Positions 38,495 through 51,297 of a DNA stretch of 64,000 nt are shown in pieces. The stretch is taken from the NCBI GenBank assembly GCA_000320545.1, contig ADNK01002363.1:91145-155144 (forward strand), in the 5' to 3' direction. The notes beneath the pieces are model-generated. The model saw nothing but the letters and a program-made list of their open reading frames with translations, did not search any database and was not told where the DNA came from. This stretch comes from Bigelowiella natans CCMP2755 (taxonomy: Eukaryota; Protista; Cercozoa). The position numbers and the translations under genes were made by a program. Position 1 is the stretch's first letter. Every line of letters starts with the position of its first letter.

Positions 38495-40048
38495 CTAATG
38501 AACTAATGATGGTATATCGTCGTCTCCTTCCTTTTCAACATTTACTTCCCCTCCAGATTGTAAGAAATCTTCTTGTCCTTCTTCCTCTTCTAACGAAAGC
38601 CTTTTATTCAACAAGTCCTTCCTTTGCTTCTTCAATTGGCTTCGGTCCCAGCTGTAATAGGCTCCGCCCAATAGTGTGAGAGCACATCCAGCAGCGGCCA
38701 AGGGAACATAAGTTTCCTTAAGCACAAATATTCCGAACGCAACGACTACAAACTTATTCATGTTAACTACAACAAGAAAAGAAGTCGCAGATATTCGTCG
38801 TTGTGCACGGAACGCTGTATATGATATACAACAGCCGCAAAAAAAACTCCATGTAATGAACACCCATCCAATAGGTTTCACATCTGCAACATGATCTGTT
38901 TTACCCCATTCATTGAATACAAGCATCATGAGAGGCATGAATAGGGTGCAGACTACATTATTGTACAACATGAGCCCAGTGTCAGACATATCAACAGGAT
39001 TTTCAGCCATAAAATATCTCTGAGCCAGACGTTCTCCCGTTGCAATGAACATGTTCAACATCATAAAAATGATTCCCGTGATCTCACCCTGAATTCCATT
39101 TTGGAATAAAGCATACATGACAACACCCAACATTATGACCGTAAGAGATCCGTATGTGTGTGGAGATGCGACGAATTTAGCATTATCAAAAGTGAGTTCA
39201 ACCAAAAGCCCGAGAAGAGGTGAAATCATTCGAATGACAACAACAGTGCCAAGAGAACAAGTTTTGTAAGAGAGCATCGATGTTGCTAGCATAGCAACAA
39301 ATGCAACACTGACAGGAGCCCATCGTACACGGTCATAACATGAACCAAGCCGTATTGTGTTGTAGAATGGAATCAAAACAATCAAAGTGAAAAACGATTG
39401 CATCCCCACTAATAGCATTGGAAGCTTAATAGCTGTTACGGCCATTTTATTAGCAATTGCCATTCCCGCAGAAGATGCCATAAATGCGACCACCGAAAAG
39501 ATAACATCGACATAGGTGTACTGTTCTGCAGCGTCCGGACTGCCCCCATATATCGGATTAGAAACAACCCGAGGCTCACTGGAAGAAGTACGATACCCTT
39601 TCACAACACTGTCGTCTTCTCGGTCAGTGTCGTACTCGGGGGAGAAGCAAATATACACCACAAATGTGAGAACTGCGATGGAGAGAATCACCATAACTAA
39701 TACCCATGCTTCTGGCATCTTCCCCTCGTTGTCGTCAAGAACCTCTCGAAGATTATTCTCCACATAATTAGACCAATGTTCAGCCAGATTCATTTTCGAT
39801 CCCATTGGTATAGGACGAGCTATTTGTGGGAATGTATCCTCATGCCCGACCCTTTCATGAGATCTCGAAACATCATCGGTCATTGTAGAACTATCTGGTC
39901 TTTCGACTTTGTTCAATTGTTCTGATGAATTGGATTGGAAAGCGCTTAGGTCTGCACCAATCATTCCTTCATAGTTCGGTTCGTTGGACAAAGCCTCAGT
40001 GGTCGGCGAGGTCTGGAAGGAGAGAAAAAGCAGCATGGTAGATATCAT
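38495..40048 (-). CDS. Nucleotide-sugar transporter (GDP-sugar, GONST/GFT-like DMT family), intronless, with an N-terminal extension
   Basis: 517-aa uninterrupted ORF with about 10 hydrophobic helices after residue ~175. Motifs MAIANKMAV, LMLYNN and RAQRRISATSFLVVVNMNKF (variant of the GxLNK GDP-sugar motif). Confidence 0.85.
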   Translation of the reverse strand: MISTMLLFLSFQTSPTTEALSNEPNYEGMIGADLSAFQSNSSEQLNKVERPDSSTMTDDVSRSHERVGHEDTFPQIARPIPMGSKMNLAEHWSNYVENNLREVLDDNEGKMPEAWVLVMVILSIAVLTFVVYICFSPEYDTDREDDSVVKGYRTSSSEPRVVSNPIYGGSPDAAEQYTYVDVIFSVVAFMASSAGMAIANKMAVTAIKLPMLLVGMQSFFTLIVLIPFYNTIRLGSCYDRVRWAPVSVAFVAMLATSMLSYKTCSLGTVVVIRMISPLLGLLVELTFDNAKFVASPHTYGSLTVIMLGVVMYALFQNGIQGEITGIIFMMLNMFIATGERLAQRYFMAENPVDMSDTGLMLYNNVVCTLFMPLMMLVFNEWGKTDHVADVKPIGWVFITWSFFCGCCISYTAFRAQRRISATSFLVVVNMNKFVVVAFGIFVLKETYVPLAAAGCALTLLGGAYYSWDRSQLKKQRKDLLNKRLSLEEEEGQEDFLQSGGEVNVEKEGDDDIPSLVH

Positions 40049-41011
40049 GATGTGTTCTCACCCTCTACTTGGATGCAGTCCAACAAATGCTTATCTGACA
40101 GACAAAAAACACAAATGAATGAAAGACTTTGTTGACACAATCCCATTGCACGTACGACGGTGAGAAGATGGGAGATTTGAGCAGGAATCTGATTTGTTTC
40201 AGTCTTCCGTCTAACTCAAATCAGTGTCGGAGGCACAATTAGCATCAGCACAGACTTGTGACCTGTGGCAGCATGTGCATTTGTGCATAATTGCTCGTTT
40301 TTGTTCGCGTGTGTCATCATTACAATTGCAGGAAGAGGAGAGATGCCATTAGCAATGTGCGACTTATTATTTACGGAGAAATCGAAGAAAATCACGAAAT
40401 TCACCTGGTAATAATTGCATCGGACGTCGACTAACAGACTAGTTTATTTCACACTGCACTAGATCTATGAGGAGTCAACATGTTTTTGTTGTCATTTTAG
40501 CATGTGCACGGCTTATCATGAAGATGGTGGTGCAATGACACTTTAGTGCCAGATTCGAGAAGTTGCTAACACACGATCTGTGCCCACAAAATAATGGCAA
40601 AATGTGAGAGTTTATCACAAAAATATCTTCCTTTGACATGCGAAAAAACGTTGAAATATAACAAGCCTCACGTACCTGAGCAGAAAAAGCCCAGAAAAGT
40701 GCCTTTTCTTTTTTAATCCCGGCATTTTCTAGAGGAAGCTAGTACTCATAGATCGGTAACTAGAAAGGGTAATAAGAGAGAATGCTTCCATGTAAATATA
40801 GGTATCCGCTTATGTGCGACAACAACTTCTTATCACAAATCGGTACTAATTCACCTTGGTGACCCTGCCTGGCGTGAGGAAACAGTGATTCATTTCAGAC
40901 CAGGGGGCTCAGGTAAGGTGCGTGAGACACGCAGATGTTTGATGAGGGGAAGGGGGGGAGGATAACAGTAGATTTGAATGGCTATTTGATACTACGTTGT
41001 ATTATTGCAGT

Positions 41012-43802
41012 ATGCTTCGCCATATCACTGGGAAATTAAGGAGCAAGCCAGCAAGACTGAGCCTCGGGACACGAAGAATTCTCTCGACGCTCGCTGACAG
41101 GAAAGGGCGCACCAACTATGAGGAATGGATGGTGAACATTCGGGGAGAGGACTGGAAAGGACCTCGATCTTCTGACTGGTACACAGGCCTTGCGCCGCAT
41201 GAATGCCCTGGATATGGCGATGGCCAGTTACGGTCACTGCCAACACCGAGACTAGACAAAATGACCAAGTCAATCGCGCAGGATTTCTTCGACAACTCGT
41301 GGACACTATACGAATGCCTATTCGCAGGATTGAACGGAGAGGAGCCTTTTTACAGACCACCGGGCCACGGTCTGAGGCATCCCCAGGTTATTATTCTAAG
41401 AAAAAGGTTTTTGGTAGTAAATATAGTTTGCCAACTCTTGTCACTTTTTCGCAGCAACTTAGACCATTTTTTGGATGTCACCGTCGTATGTGAGGTTTAT
41501 TTATTAATTATCGTTATTATTGTTGTCATTATTATGATCACTACTTTCGTTATGATAATAATACTGGTCCTCATCTTTAACCACCTTTCCCTGGTAGATT
41601 TTCTACTACGGACACACAGCGTGCCTTTACGTCAACAAGCTGCGAGTTGCAGGGCTCCTGGAAGGCCCAGTGAACGAACAATTCGAAAAAATATTCGAGG
41701 TCGGGGTGGACGAAATGTCCTGGGATGATATGCACAAGAATGATATGGTCTGGCCACTGGTCTCTGAGGTGAAAAAATACAAGAAAGAGGTCTATGATGT
41801 CGTTTCAGAAATCATCCAAACCCATCCTTCTCTAGACGATCAACAAACACCTGTGACCATCGATTGGGACCATCCCCTATGGGCGTTGTTCATGGGTATC
41901 GAGCATGAACGCATTCATCTGGAAACTTCATCAGTCCTCTTCCGCGAGATGCCTATCGAACATGTCCGACCCCCAGAGCAATGGCCGAAGGTGCATCCAT
42001 CAGTGTTGAATATCACCGACAGTTCATCATCCTCGGTCCCCGTAGAAGGCAAAGATTTTCCTTCCAATGAGATGATCGATGTCAAGGGTGGTTGGGTAGA
42101 GTTGGGAAAGCCACGCGATTTTCCGACTTATGGTTGGGATAACGAATATGGATACCGCAAGGTAGAGGTCAGCGACTTCTCAGCATCAAAGCACATGGTG
42201 ACAAATGGGGAATTTTTCCAATTTGTCAAGGCTGGAGGGTACCAAGAACAGCAGTACTGGTCCGAGGAGGGATGGGAATGGAGGAAGTTCAGAAACATGA
42301 AATGGCCTTTCTTCTGGAAGCCGCACGGGCCGGAGGGATTGCTACAATTTCGAATTCGAACCATCTTTGAGGAGCACACAATGCAATGGGACTGGCCAGT
42401 GGATGTCAACTTCCACGAGGCCACTGCGTATTGCAATTGGAAATCAGAGCAGGATGGGATGGACAAAGGCGCAGCTGAGGCCTACCGGGTGATTACCGAG
42501 TCGGAGCATAACATTATCAGAGGTCCTGTCATTGCCGAAGTGAAAAAAGACCATCTCGTAGAGGATAAATGGGCTGGCAACGCAAATTTCAACCTCCTTT
42601 ACTCTTCACAGAGCCCTGTCGGCGTCCTACCTCCCTCCAATACAGGCCACTACGACACCATGGGAAATGCGTGGGAATGGACCCTGGATCATTTCAATCC
42701 GTTAGAAGGCTTTAAACTCACACCTCTCTACGAAGACTTCTCAACACCATGCTTCGATGGCAGACACAACATGATCATGGGAGGCAGTTTCATCAGTACA
42801 GGCGCCGAGGCCACAACATTTGCTAGATTCCACTTCCGCCCCCACTTCCTTCAGCACTCCGGCTTTCGACTAGTTTCATCTGAATCCCCCCCTCCAAACT
42901 ATGTACTAGATATTGAGAATAACGCCTTTGCCGCCCTGGTTACCGATATGGAGAATAAAGATAATGTCTATGAAAGTGATGAGCTCGTGCATCAGTATCT
43001 CGGAATGCACTTTGGGCAAGACCCGGTTCTGAGTACTACAATGCCGCCGATATTCCCACATAACAACGCTCCCAACCACGCCTTACAGTTTCCACAAAGG
43101 CTAGCGAAAACCCTTGCCTTCCTTCTTAAGGATAGTAAATGCAGTGACGACATCATGGATGAAAGCAAGCAAATGAAACGAGCACTTGATGTTGGCTGTG
43201 CAGTTGGGGGAGGAGCTTTCGAGCTTGCACTGCACTTCGATGATGTCGTAGCGTTCGATTTCAGTGAGGCATTCATCCAAGCTGCTCAGAAGCTCAAATG
43301 CGGAGAAACTTTGCGGTATCAGGTGCAGATTGAGGGTGATATATATGAAGAGTCAACCGCGCAGGTGCCCCCGCATGTGAACGAGGCTGCAAGAGGCCGC
43401 GTAGAATTTAAAGTTGGTGATGCATGTCAGCTAGCCACTGATGCGAAGGAACTGGGATCTTTTGATGGTGTCATCGCCTCGAATCTCATCTGTCGCCTTC
43501 CGGATCCTTTGAAGTTTCTCGACGGCCTTGAGCGTGTCGTCAAGCCCAACGGTGTTGTTATCCTGGCTACTCCCTTCTCTTGGTTAGAACAGTACACGGG
43601 GAAAGAGCGGTGGATGGGTGGTTTCAACGATGAGGCAACAGGGGAGGCTGTGAGATCAAAAGAAGTATTGGAAGCGGAAATGCTGAGTAGAGGATTTATT
43701 AAAATCCATGAAGAGCAGATGCCTTTTTTAATCCGCGAGCATCAACGAAAGTATCAGTACGTCATCAGTGAAGTCACTGGATGGAAGCAGAAAGCTGCTT
43801 AA
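41012..43802 (+). CDS. ovoA: 5-histidylcysteine sulfoxide synthase / methyltransferase (ovothiol biosynthesis OvoA); one intron at 41387-41597
   Basis: LRHPQ|IFYYGHTACLYVNKL, iron-binding GIEHERIHLETSSVL, FGE-like domain (YGWDNEYG, GNAWEW, YEDFSTPCFDGRHNMIMGGSFISTG, RFHFRPHFLQHSGFR) and a C-terminal SAM methyltransferase (ALDVGCAVGG, IREHQRKYQY). About 859 aa. Confidence 0.95.
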
Positions 43803-44319
43803 GACCAAAAATAATTTGGTTGAGGAGGAGAATGGTGAGGCACCTTATGTCTGTTTATCAACAGCGAGAAGAACACAATGCCACGCTAGCCACAAAGCAC
43901 GTGTGCATGAATGGGATCATGATGATGAGACATACGCCGCACGAAGACGAGAGTGGCTACTCATCCTCATTTTTAAACCTGCAAGTGCTTTATCTGAGAG
44001 TGATTTTTCTACAGATGGATAATGAACAATTTCGTACACATTACATACACACGATTATAGAAGCCAAAAGAAGGTGACGAGAAGCTAGAATAGGAAATAA
44101 AGCCAGGTATCAAATTATGGCTTGGCACAACACTGTTTTCCCTGTTTAGTTAGGGGAGGAGCAATAGGTTAAACATCTTTGAGTTCATGTCCTTGTTGGT
44201 TATGATGTTATCATCGATGTGAAAAAAAATCATGAAAGTTAACTCACGAGTTTCTTCCGTTTCGGAGCTGATTGTGCGCAATGTGTCCAGTAAGTGTAGA
44301 TTTGGAATCTATCTGGCTC

Positions 44320-44339
44320 ACGCACACGCGCGTGTGTAT

Positions 44340-44376
<37 letters not shown>

Positions 44377-46200
44377 CGCATCACAGCAAGACAAGTAGTC
44401 TGTCCAAGCTTCTTCATGTGCACTGTAACATGATGCTCAATGAAGAGGACAAGCGGATCCTAGGATCTGCTAGTTTTGTTCGAAACCGGTCTCTGGAAAA
44501 ACCACACGTGGATGTGTTGTCAACAATGAGGGACAGCGCACAGATGTGCGCGCTGCAATTGCGAACAGCGACGATCGATGCACACTGCGCCATCCATCGA
44601 CGATGCAACTAGGCAAGGATGGCAGCGCAGCGCTGCCCGCACAGCACCAGACCAGCAGAGCAATTGTCAGTGAACGCGTGCATCATGCGTGATGCATTGC
44701 AATCTGCTGCAATCTAGCAATGGCGGCACTTGTACTGCCTGGAAAAATCACTGAGTCACCCACCGTGTCCTCAACTGCTGGAATGTGACTCCAAGGAAAA
44801 TTGAAGGAAGAGAAAAAACAAGGAGTGCTTCAAACAAGGCATCCACTTGCACCAGTTTGGCATCGCACGCCGCACCACGAGGATTCAGGATTCAAGGTTC
44901 GTGTCAATTCGAGATGCCAGCAAGATGTGAGTGTTTGACACAGAGCATCATTGAACTTTGAACATTGAACTGGACAAGCATGATTGTTGCAAAGTCCGCT
45001 CTCACAAAGAACCGCATGGGAAACAAGCGTTTGCGTGCAGCCGTTTTCTGGAATGGGAAGACAAAGAAGACAATGAACAATGCACGATGACAAACCACAC
45101 TTCCAAATTGAGTCTGGAAGTGTTGCAAGACGTTTGCCAGATGCAGTGTGCGAAACGCAGTGCCTCGAACTGACTTTGGTGAGGTCCAACCAGTGAAACC
45201 AAAAGGGTTCAAATGGCATTCTGGCCATTGAGGAGCTTGAAGATCTCTTTTCAGGACTGAGAGATCTCCTTCTGGGACGAGGGGACCTTCTTCCCCGATC
45301 CCTCGGTCCACAGCAGTCACGATCCCTTGAATCACGCTTGCGCGTTCTTTCGAACGACTCCCTCCCGTTGAATCGTCGCATCAGCGACGATCCTCTCATC
45401 GATCTCTCTCATTGTCATCTGAAACATCACGTCTGCGACGATCTTCTCGTCGATTCGCTTTTCAGTGTCACTCTGCTTCGAGAGATTTCTTGTGCGCGAA
45501 TCGCCGTGCGGAAAACCCTCGTCCACCTTTTTTCCAGGTGCATCCTCCACTCCTGGTTTCACTTTCTTTCGTGCCTCACCTTTGCCAACTTCAGGACTGT
45601 GACTTCTCTTTGCTTTCTTCACCCCGCCATCCTCCTTTTTTGGCTTTTTCTTTTTCTTCTTGGAATTCACCAGGCAAGAACACCATCCTTTCAAACCCCA
45701 ACGTGCGAGCAATCCCATGGACCACACCTTCATGGTCTTCTTGGATGCACGAGCTTCACTGGGACCAATGACGTCATCCTCAAGATCTCCGGCCTTTGCG
45801 GAGACATTGTAACTGATGGATGACATCGAGTTGGAGGAGGACAATGAACAATGAACAAGACACATGCATCCTTGCAGGTTTCATCCGGGACGAACTTCAG
45901 ACGCAGATCCAAACTTCCTTCATTTGGCAACCGAGTCACCGGTGGCTGGGGCGACACGTCAGTCTGTCCCACCGGTGAACAGAACAATGAACAATGAACA
46001 ATGAACAAAGCGTTGATCAAAAACCACATGCGCCAGAACCACATGGAAATGTGGTTCAGGAATGGGGGGAAAAGCCACCCTCGTGACCGAAAACCCCCAG
46101 TGAACTTTTTGAACAATGAGCAATGACAAAGAACTACATTTCCAAAATGTAACAAGACATTTGCAGTGTACTTTTTTTGACTTGGTTTTCAGACAATGAT
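44320..46200 (-). repeat. TpA-free degenerate repeat or pseudogene-like relic (possibly transposon-derived)
   Basis: Only one TA in 44735-46133; interrupted Lys-rich minus-strand ORF (45332-45865); homology to 26494-26625. No TE domain recognised. Confidence 0.65.
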
Positions 46201-46281
46201 GAAAACCAACGTTTGGAGGGATCTTTCATGGAAATTTCCAGAATGAAAATGTAGAAATTCTTTTGATTCTCATCCTGCGAC

Positions 46282-47858
46282 ATGGACATTGCAGCTGGTT
46301 TTTTAGTAACGGGGTTAGTAGAGCTGGGCTACGACACATCCTTTTATCCACAATCCAGAAACACTGCACCAGAGGAGATGTGTGGTTGTTCTGCACCTGA
46401 AAAAATGGAGACAAGACGCGCTGAGCAAGCCATGGCGGTATGTGAGTACATTGTGATCTTAGAGAGTGAGCCTAACTTACTGGTATTTTGATATTCGGAC
46501 ATCAGTTTCGAGAGCAAGTATACAGACGCCCTGCAGAGTCGACAGAAATTCTTGGTCATCTGCATCTTGGGGGGCGCAGGGATGCCAAAGGTTTTTGTTT
46601 CAATAGGTTTTATAAAAATGCCACGAGTAACTCCGTTTATTTGTGTATTTAACATTACAGGAGGGATAGATGCCATGTCGCAGTGCCCCTACACATACAT
46701 CCTCAACGTCGCTTCTGAATGCCCAAACCTCGAAAAGCTAGCGAAGTCTGTTCCAAATTTGAAAAGGGTGCATTAGCTCATAAACTTCATATCGGAGCAT
46801 TTCTTTTCCAATATTGTTCAACATTTTGAAATTCCTGTTACCCGTGTTCCTTCTCAGTACTCGAAAATGGTGATTCATTATCGCCAAAATGACGTCAAGG
46901 CAAGTTTTCAGCCATGCATTCAATTCATTGAAGAAGCTAAAGGAAAAGGAATATGCCTCGTCCACTGTGCCCGCGGTAGCAACATTTTCATAGTAGGAAA
47001 TCGCATTGAATGGAGATACAGCTGCCACTTTATCGCCTTCGTGTTTACAGCTATCTCCTATTATTCCAAGATTGTCGTCGTTCTCATTGAACAACTACTA
47101 TATAGGCCGGTCGCGCTCAGCTGCAGTAGTATTGGCTTATCTAATGATTAAAGAAGGGATGAATTTGAAGCAGGCATACCTCCACGTAAAGAAACGAAGA
47201 CCTTACATCGGTACACGTTTCTGACCTCCGATCTATTTAACTGGCGCACCAAACATTCCTACTTATTCTGCTTCTCCCTGTCGTCAGTTTAAGAATGTTC
47301 TTTATTGCCTTCAAACGTATTAATAGGCCCTGCTGGAGTCCTCCGTCCTCAATTAATAGCTTTGGAACAGCTCCTAGGCATGGAGCAATCACTTACTGTG
47401 GAAACCTGGTCAATTTTAGAGGCAAGTATATGCGGAAATCCATCGACAATAGAAGAGGTGATAACCGTGTTCGTTGCAAGACCTTACTGCTATTATAATC
47501 CCCCCCTAATATATATTTGGTATCGCTAAATTGTTCACAGGAACTGAAAGAGATCGAGGATGAAGCTAATGCAAAGAAAGATAGAATTCATTTGGAGGAG
47601 ACGGTGCGTATCGATGATAATATGCACGCGAACAAGGAACATTCATAGCCATTTTCTCTATTTTATCAGGAGAAGCTTAAAACAGAAAATAAAACATACA
47701 TATCCAAGTATAGAAAGTCTGATGAGGGCCAAAATTGTAAAAATGAGTCGAAGTCCATTTTTGCTAGTCTAAGAGCAAGGATCCAAAAGATCAATAAACT
47801 CGTAAAAGTAGATAAATCTGAGCCACAGAATGGATTAGCGAGTACCAAACGGCTGTAG
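46282..47858 (+). CDS. Dual-specificity protein phosphatase (multi-exon)
   Basis: EILGHLHLGG, TYILNVASEC, CIQFIEEA, catalytic VHCARG|RSRSAAVVLAYLM split by an intron, and AYLHVKKRRPYIGP. TAG at 47856-47858. Start codon uncertain (46282 or 46378). Confidence 0.9.
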
Positions 47859-48224
47859 TCGATATGATCTTCCTCTCTGCATGGGAGATTAGACTTTTAC
47901 ATTTCATTTCACATCGTTTTTCATAATGTTAAATTCTTCAACAATGTAATGTGACCATAGGAAACAATTTTAAACAGGCTATTTCTTTTTCAAAAGGATT
48001 TAAAATATATCTCAAATGAATATCAACTGGATAAGTAATGATAATTGACTAAAATGCTCAGTTCATCAAGTATATCCAAACTTTGACGAGTACTAACTAT
48101 TCGTGAGTGCCTCTCACGCTTAATATCATTGCGAGGTTTTATCTGATTTGGCGTTTAGATCAGTAGTATATGTTGTACATATACTATGATACATACATAA
48201 ATTTGCGTGTAGCTATGCCACAAG

Positions 48225-48535
48225 TTCAGGACTGTAGTTGAATATGTTCCATGCATGCGTGCATACGCGCAAACATACCAACCTTCGACACAAATGTTTT
48301 GCAATGCATACTAACAATTAATATACATCTGTATGCGCGCACAACGGAGAGCACATCCGTATGCAGCATGTGTGACTGTGTAAAGCTACATGCATATCTG
48401 CAGATATTCGCGTGAACATACACAATGAACATGATGTGCATGCACATCGCAAATTCATTAAATCATTGTACGACGAACTCGTACATGCAAGACTTATGAA
48501 CTTGCACCAGCATACAAACAAACGCACAGCTACAT
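48225..48535. other. Small CA/TG-rich intergenic island
   Basis: atgcatgcgtgcatacgcgc...catgatgtgcatgcacatcgc between the convergent phosphatase and ankyrin genes. Confidence 0.6.
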
Positions 48536-48811
48536 TAGGATGACCATTGAAAAGATTTAATCATACCATTACATCCGTCTCATATGCCACTTATAAAATT
48601 AAAACTCCTCTACCTTGATCTTGATTAATTTCTATTCTTCAACGTCATTATCATCCAATCGAAGACCAGAATGCAATTGTGTACTAAGACCCCCATCCGA
48701 TGCTGTAAGTCAAGTAAACTGTGTTTGAATGGTTACTGCATCTACGGAAAATTAGACTCTGACTCGTATTAAAAATAATAAAAAGCGTTTCTTTTTCCTT
48801 TTCGATACATA

Positions 48812-49316
48812 TCAAGAAAAAAGACAGCAATTTGATATTCTTGGTACGTTGCAACAACCTGATGCCCCATCAGTATCTGAGACACCACCTAACATGATAT
48901 CCTCTGGGGTTCTGCGTTAAACAATCAGTAACAATGAGTAGAAAATAATACCAAAGAAAATTCATATACTAACAGATACTCTCTCTCTCTCTCTATATAA
49001 AAAATATTTACACGATCCATCATTTATTTATTGTTAATCGAGCAATTTTCACACGCACGCGCGCGCACACACACATCTCTACATCTATCTACATGCATAT
49101 ATGTATATTGTGTATGGGCAAGAGTGCTGCTGTCGCGTTGGTTACTTACTTTCCTTGCTTATCAAGAATAGTCATGTCGGCACTATTATCGACTAGCAAC
49201 TTTAATACAGCTGTGGTAGGTAGGTAGGTAGGTATCATCGACCATTGTTACAATTATTAGCTTTCGAAAGGTGTAATTGGAGGGTACCCACAAAGAACAA
49301 TGGAGGAGGGAGGGGG

Positions 49317-49356
<40 letters not shown>

Positions 49357-50428
49357 ACATAATGCACATAATATTCTATGGTGTATTATTATCAGTTCAG
49401 CATTTAAACAACTCTTCAAATATTATCAGTTAGCATTTACACAACTCTTTAAAACCTGGAAACTTATGGTACGCAGCACAATGAGCTGCTGTGCAACCTA
49501 TCGTAATAATAACAGTAAGATATAGTCGAAATCTATTGCCGTAATTTCTCCTGTTGAATTTATGTGACTATGGCTCTTTGTTGTAATAATTATTCAGGTG
49601 AGCTTTAAATTCAATTTTACCACCCCCGTCTAATGTTCTATATCCTTCAATGACAACACCCATCACCACTGCTGCAATGCCTACCACGCATACTACTATT
49701 TTCGATATAATACGACTACAAGCACCTAGGATAGTTTTCTGATTGGGATTTGTGCGTCCTTTCTCTAGGAGATATTGCACCACCTGATAAGAAATGGTCC
49801 ATTTACTACTATTAAACTAAAATAATGATAATAATAAATGTGATTTATGGATATTTGATTCAAAAACCTTTAACATTATCAACACTCCTTACAATTGATT
49901 GGCAGGTTGAATGATAGATGTATGGCCAACTCTTTAGCACTATATTATATTACTACTATTACTACAACTACCATTGTATTTCCTCTCGCTGAAGCCCACA
50001 TTAATGGTGTCCACCCAGAATAATCAGGGATGTCGCTCTACATTTATTCACCACCAAAACATTGGATAAAAATTAACCAAAGAAATATTTGATTTTGTGA
50101 CACTTGAGACAATCCAAAGAAATCCAGTCAAAAGACGTGTGCGTACCACACACACACACACATACACACACCTGCCTATCATATAATATTTGAAATTCCT
50201 TAAAAAAATATCAGATAGAGACAGCTTCAATTTCACAACATGTACTGAATTTGTTCACCTGTGCTCCTTTCTCTATGAGTAATTGCATCACACTCCTACC
50301 CAAATAGAATTATTGCATGGAAGGTCTCTTATTGATTAGCTATCCCGACATAAAAAAGATAACTGTCTAATAAATAGGTTGGGGGCTTGTGAAATATTAG
50401 TTTCCATTCCATTCACAATGACAACACG

Positions 50429-50494
<66 letters not shown>

Positions 50495-51217
50495 GTTAGA
50501 GGAGATGGATCCCCCCATACTACAAATGAAATCATATTTTAAATAAAGTTGTCTATCATCATTGCATGAAAACGTAAGAGTAGGTCGCACATCCTGAGAT
50601 TTCCTTGCCTGAATGAGGAGAGTAAGAGTTGGCACACACACACACACACAAACACACAGGGACTATATCCATTGATCTCATGCACTATTACATCATTCAT
50701 TACTATTAGGATCCTAGGAATAGATAAATTAGTGGCAGTAGTAGCAGGATTTTGTTGTGGAGGATATGATTAACTAAATAAATATATATATGTATGTATA
50801 TATAATTATGTGGTAGAATTATTCTTCATTCTTAGTATTTTTAAATCCTTGCGTATCTTTGCATACATGCCAATCATAAAATTATTGAGTTGTGCAGAAA
50901 GTAAACTCAAAAATATTTCCCCGATACACGGAATATGTTTTAGGATGGAAACCGAAAATTGTGCCGCTGCATGCAGCTGCTAGAATTACTACATAATACA
51001 CACAGACTTAGACATCATATTTTCATAAACACACTTTATCATCATGCACATAATGCGTGGATATCACTAATTAGATATACTACGCCTATAATTAAAAAAC
51101 AGGCAATAAGCTACTACCAAGCTGCATTTCCTAATGGCGTGAGCGATTCTTCATTCGGAATATCTATCAATTCAAAACAGCGTTATCGAATAACACATGT
51201 TAGCAAAATATACGCGA

Positions 51218-51297
<80 letters not shown>

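Noticed and set aside
38495-43802. Transporter plus OvoA as an ovothiol biosynthetic gene cluster
   Set aside because: Nucleotide-sugar transporters have no known role in ovothiol metabolism and no OvoB is nearby.
44830-45865. Possible gag/zinc-knuckle or named transposon ORF
   Set aside because: No convincing CCHC, RT, integrase or transposase motif and no LTR/TIR/TSD seen; the Cys/His richness is expected from the mutational bias.
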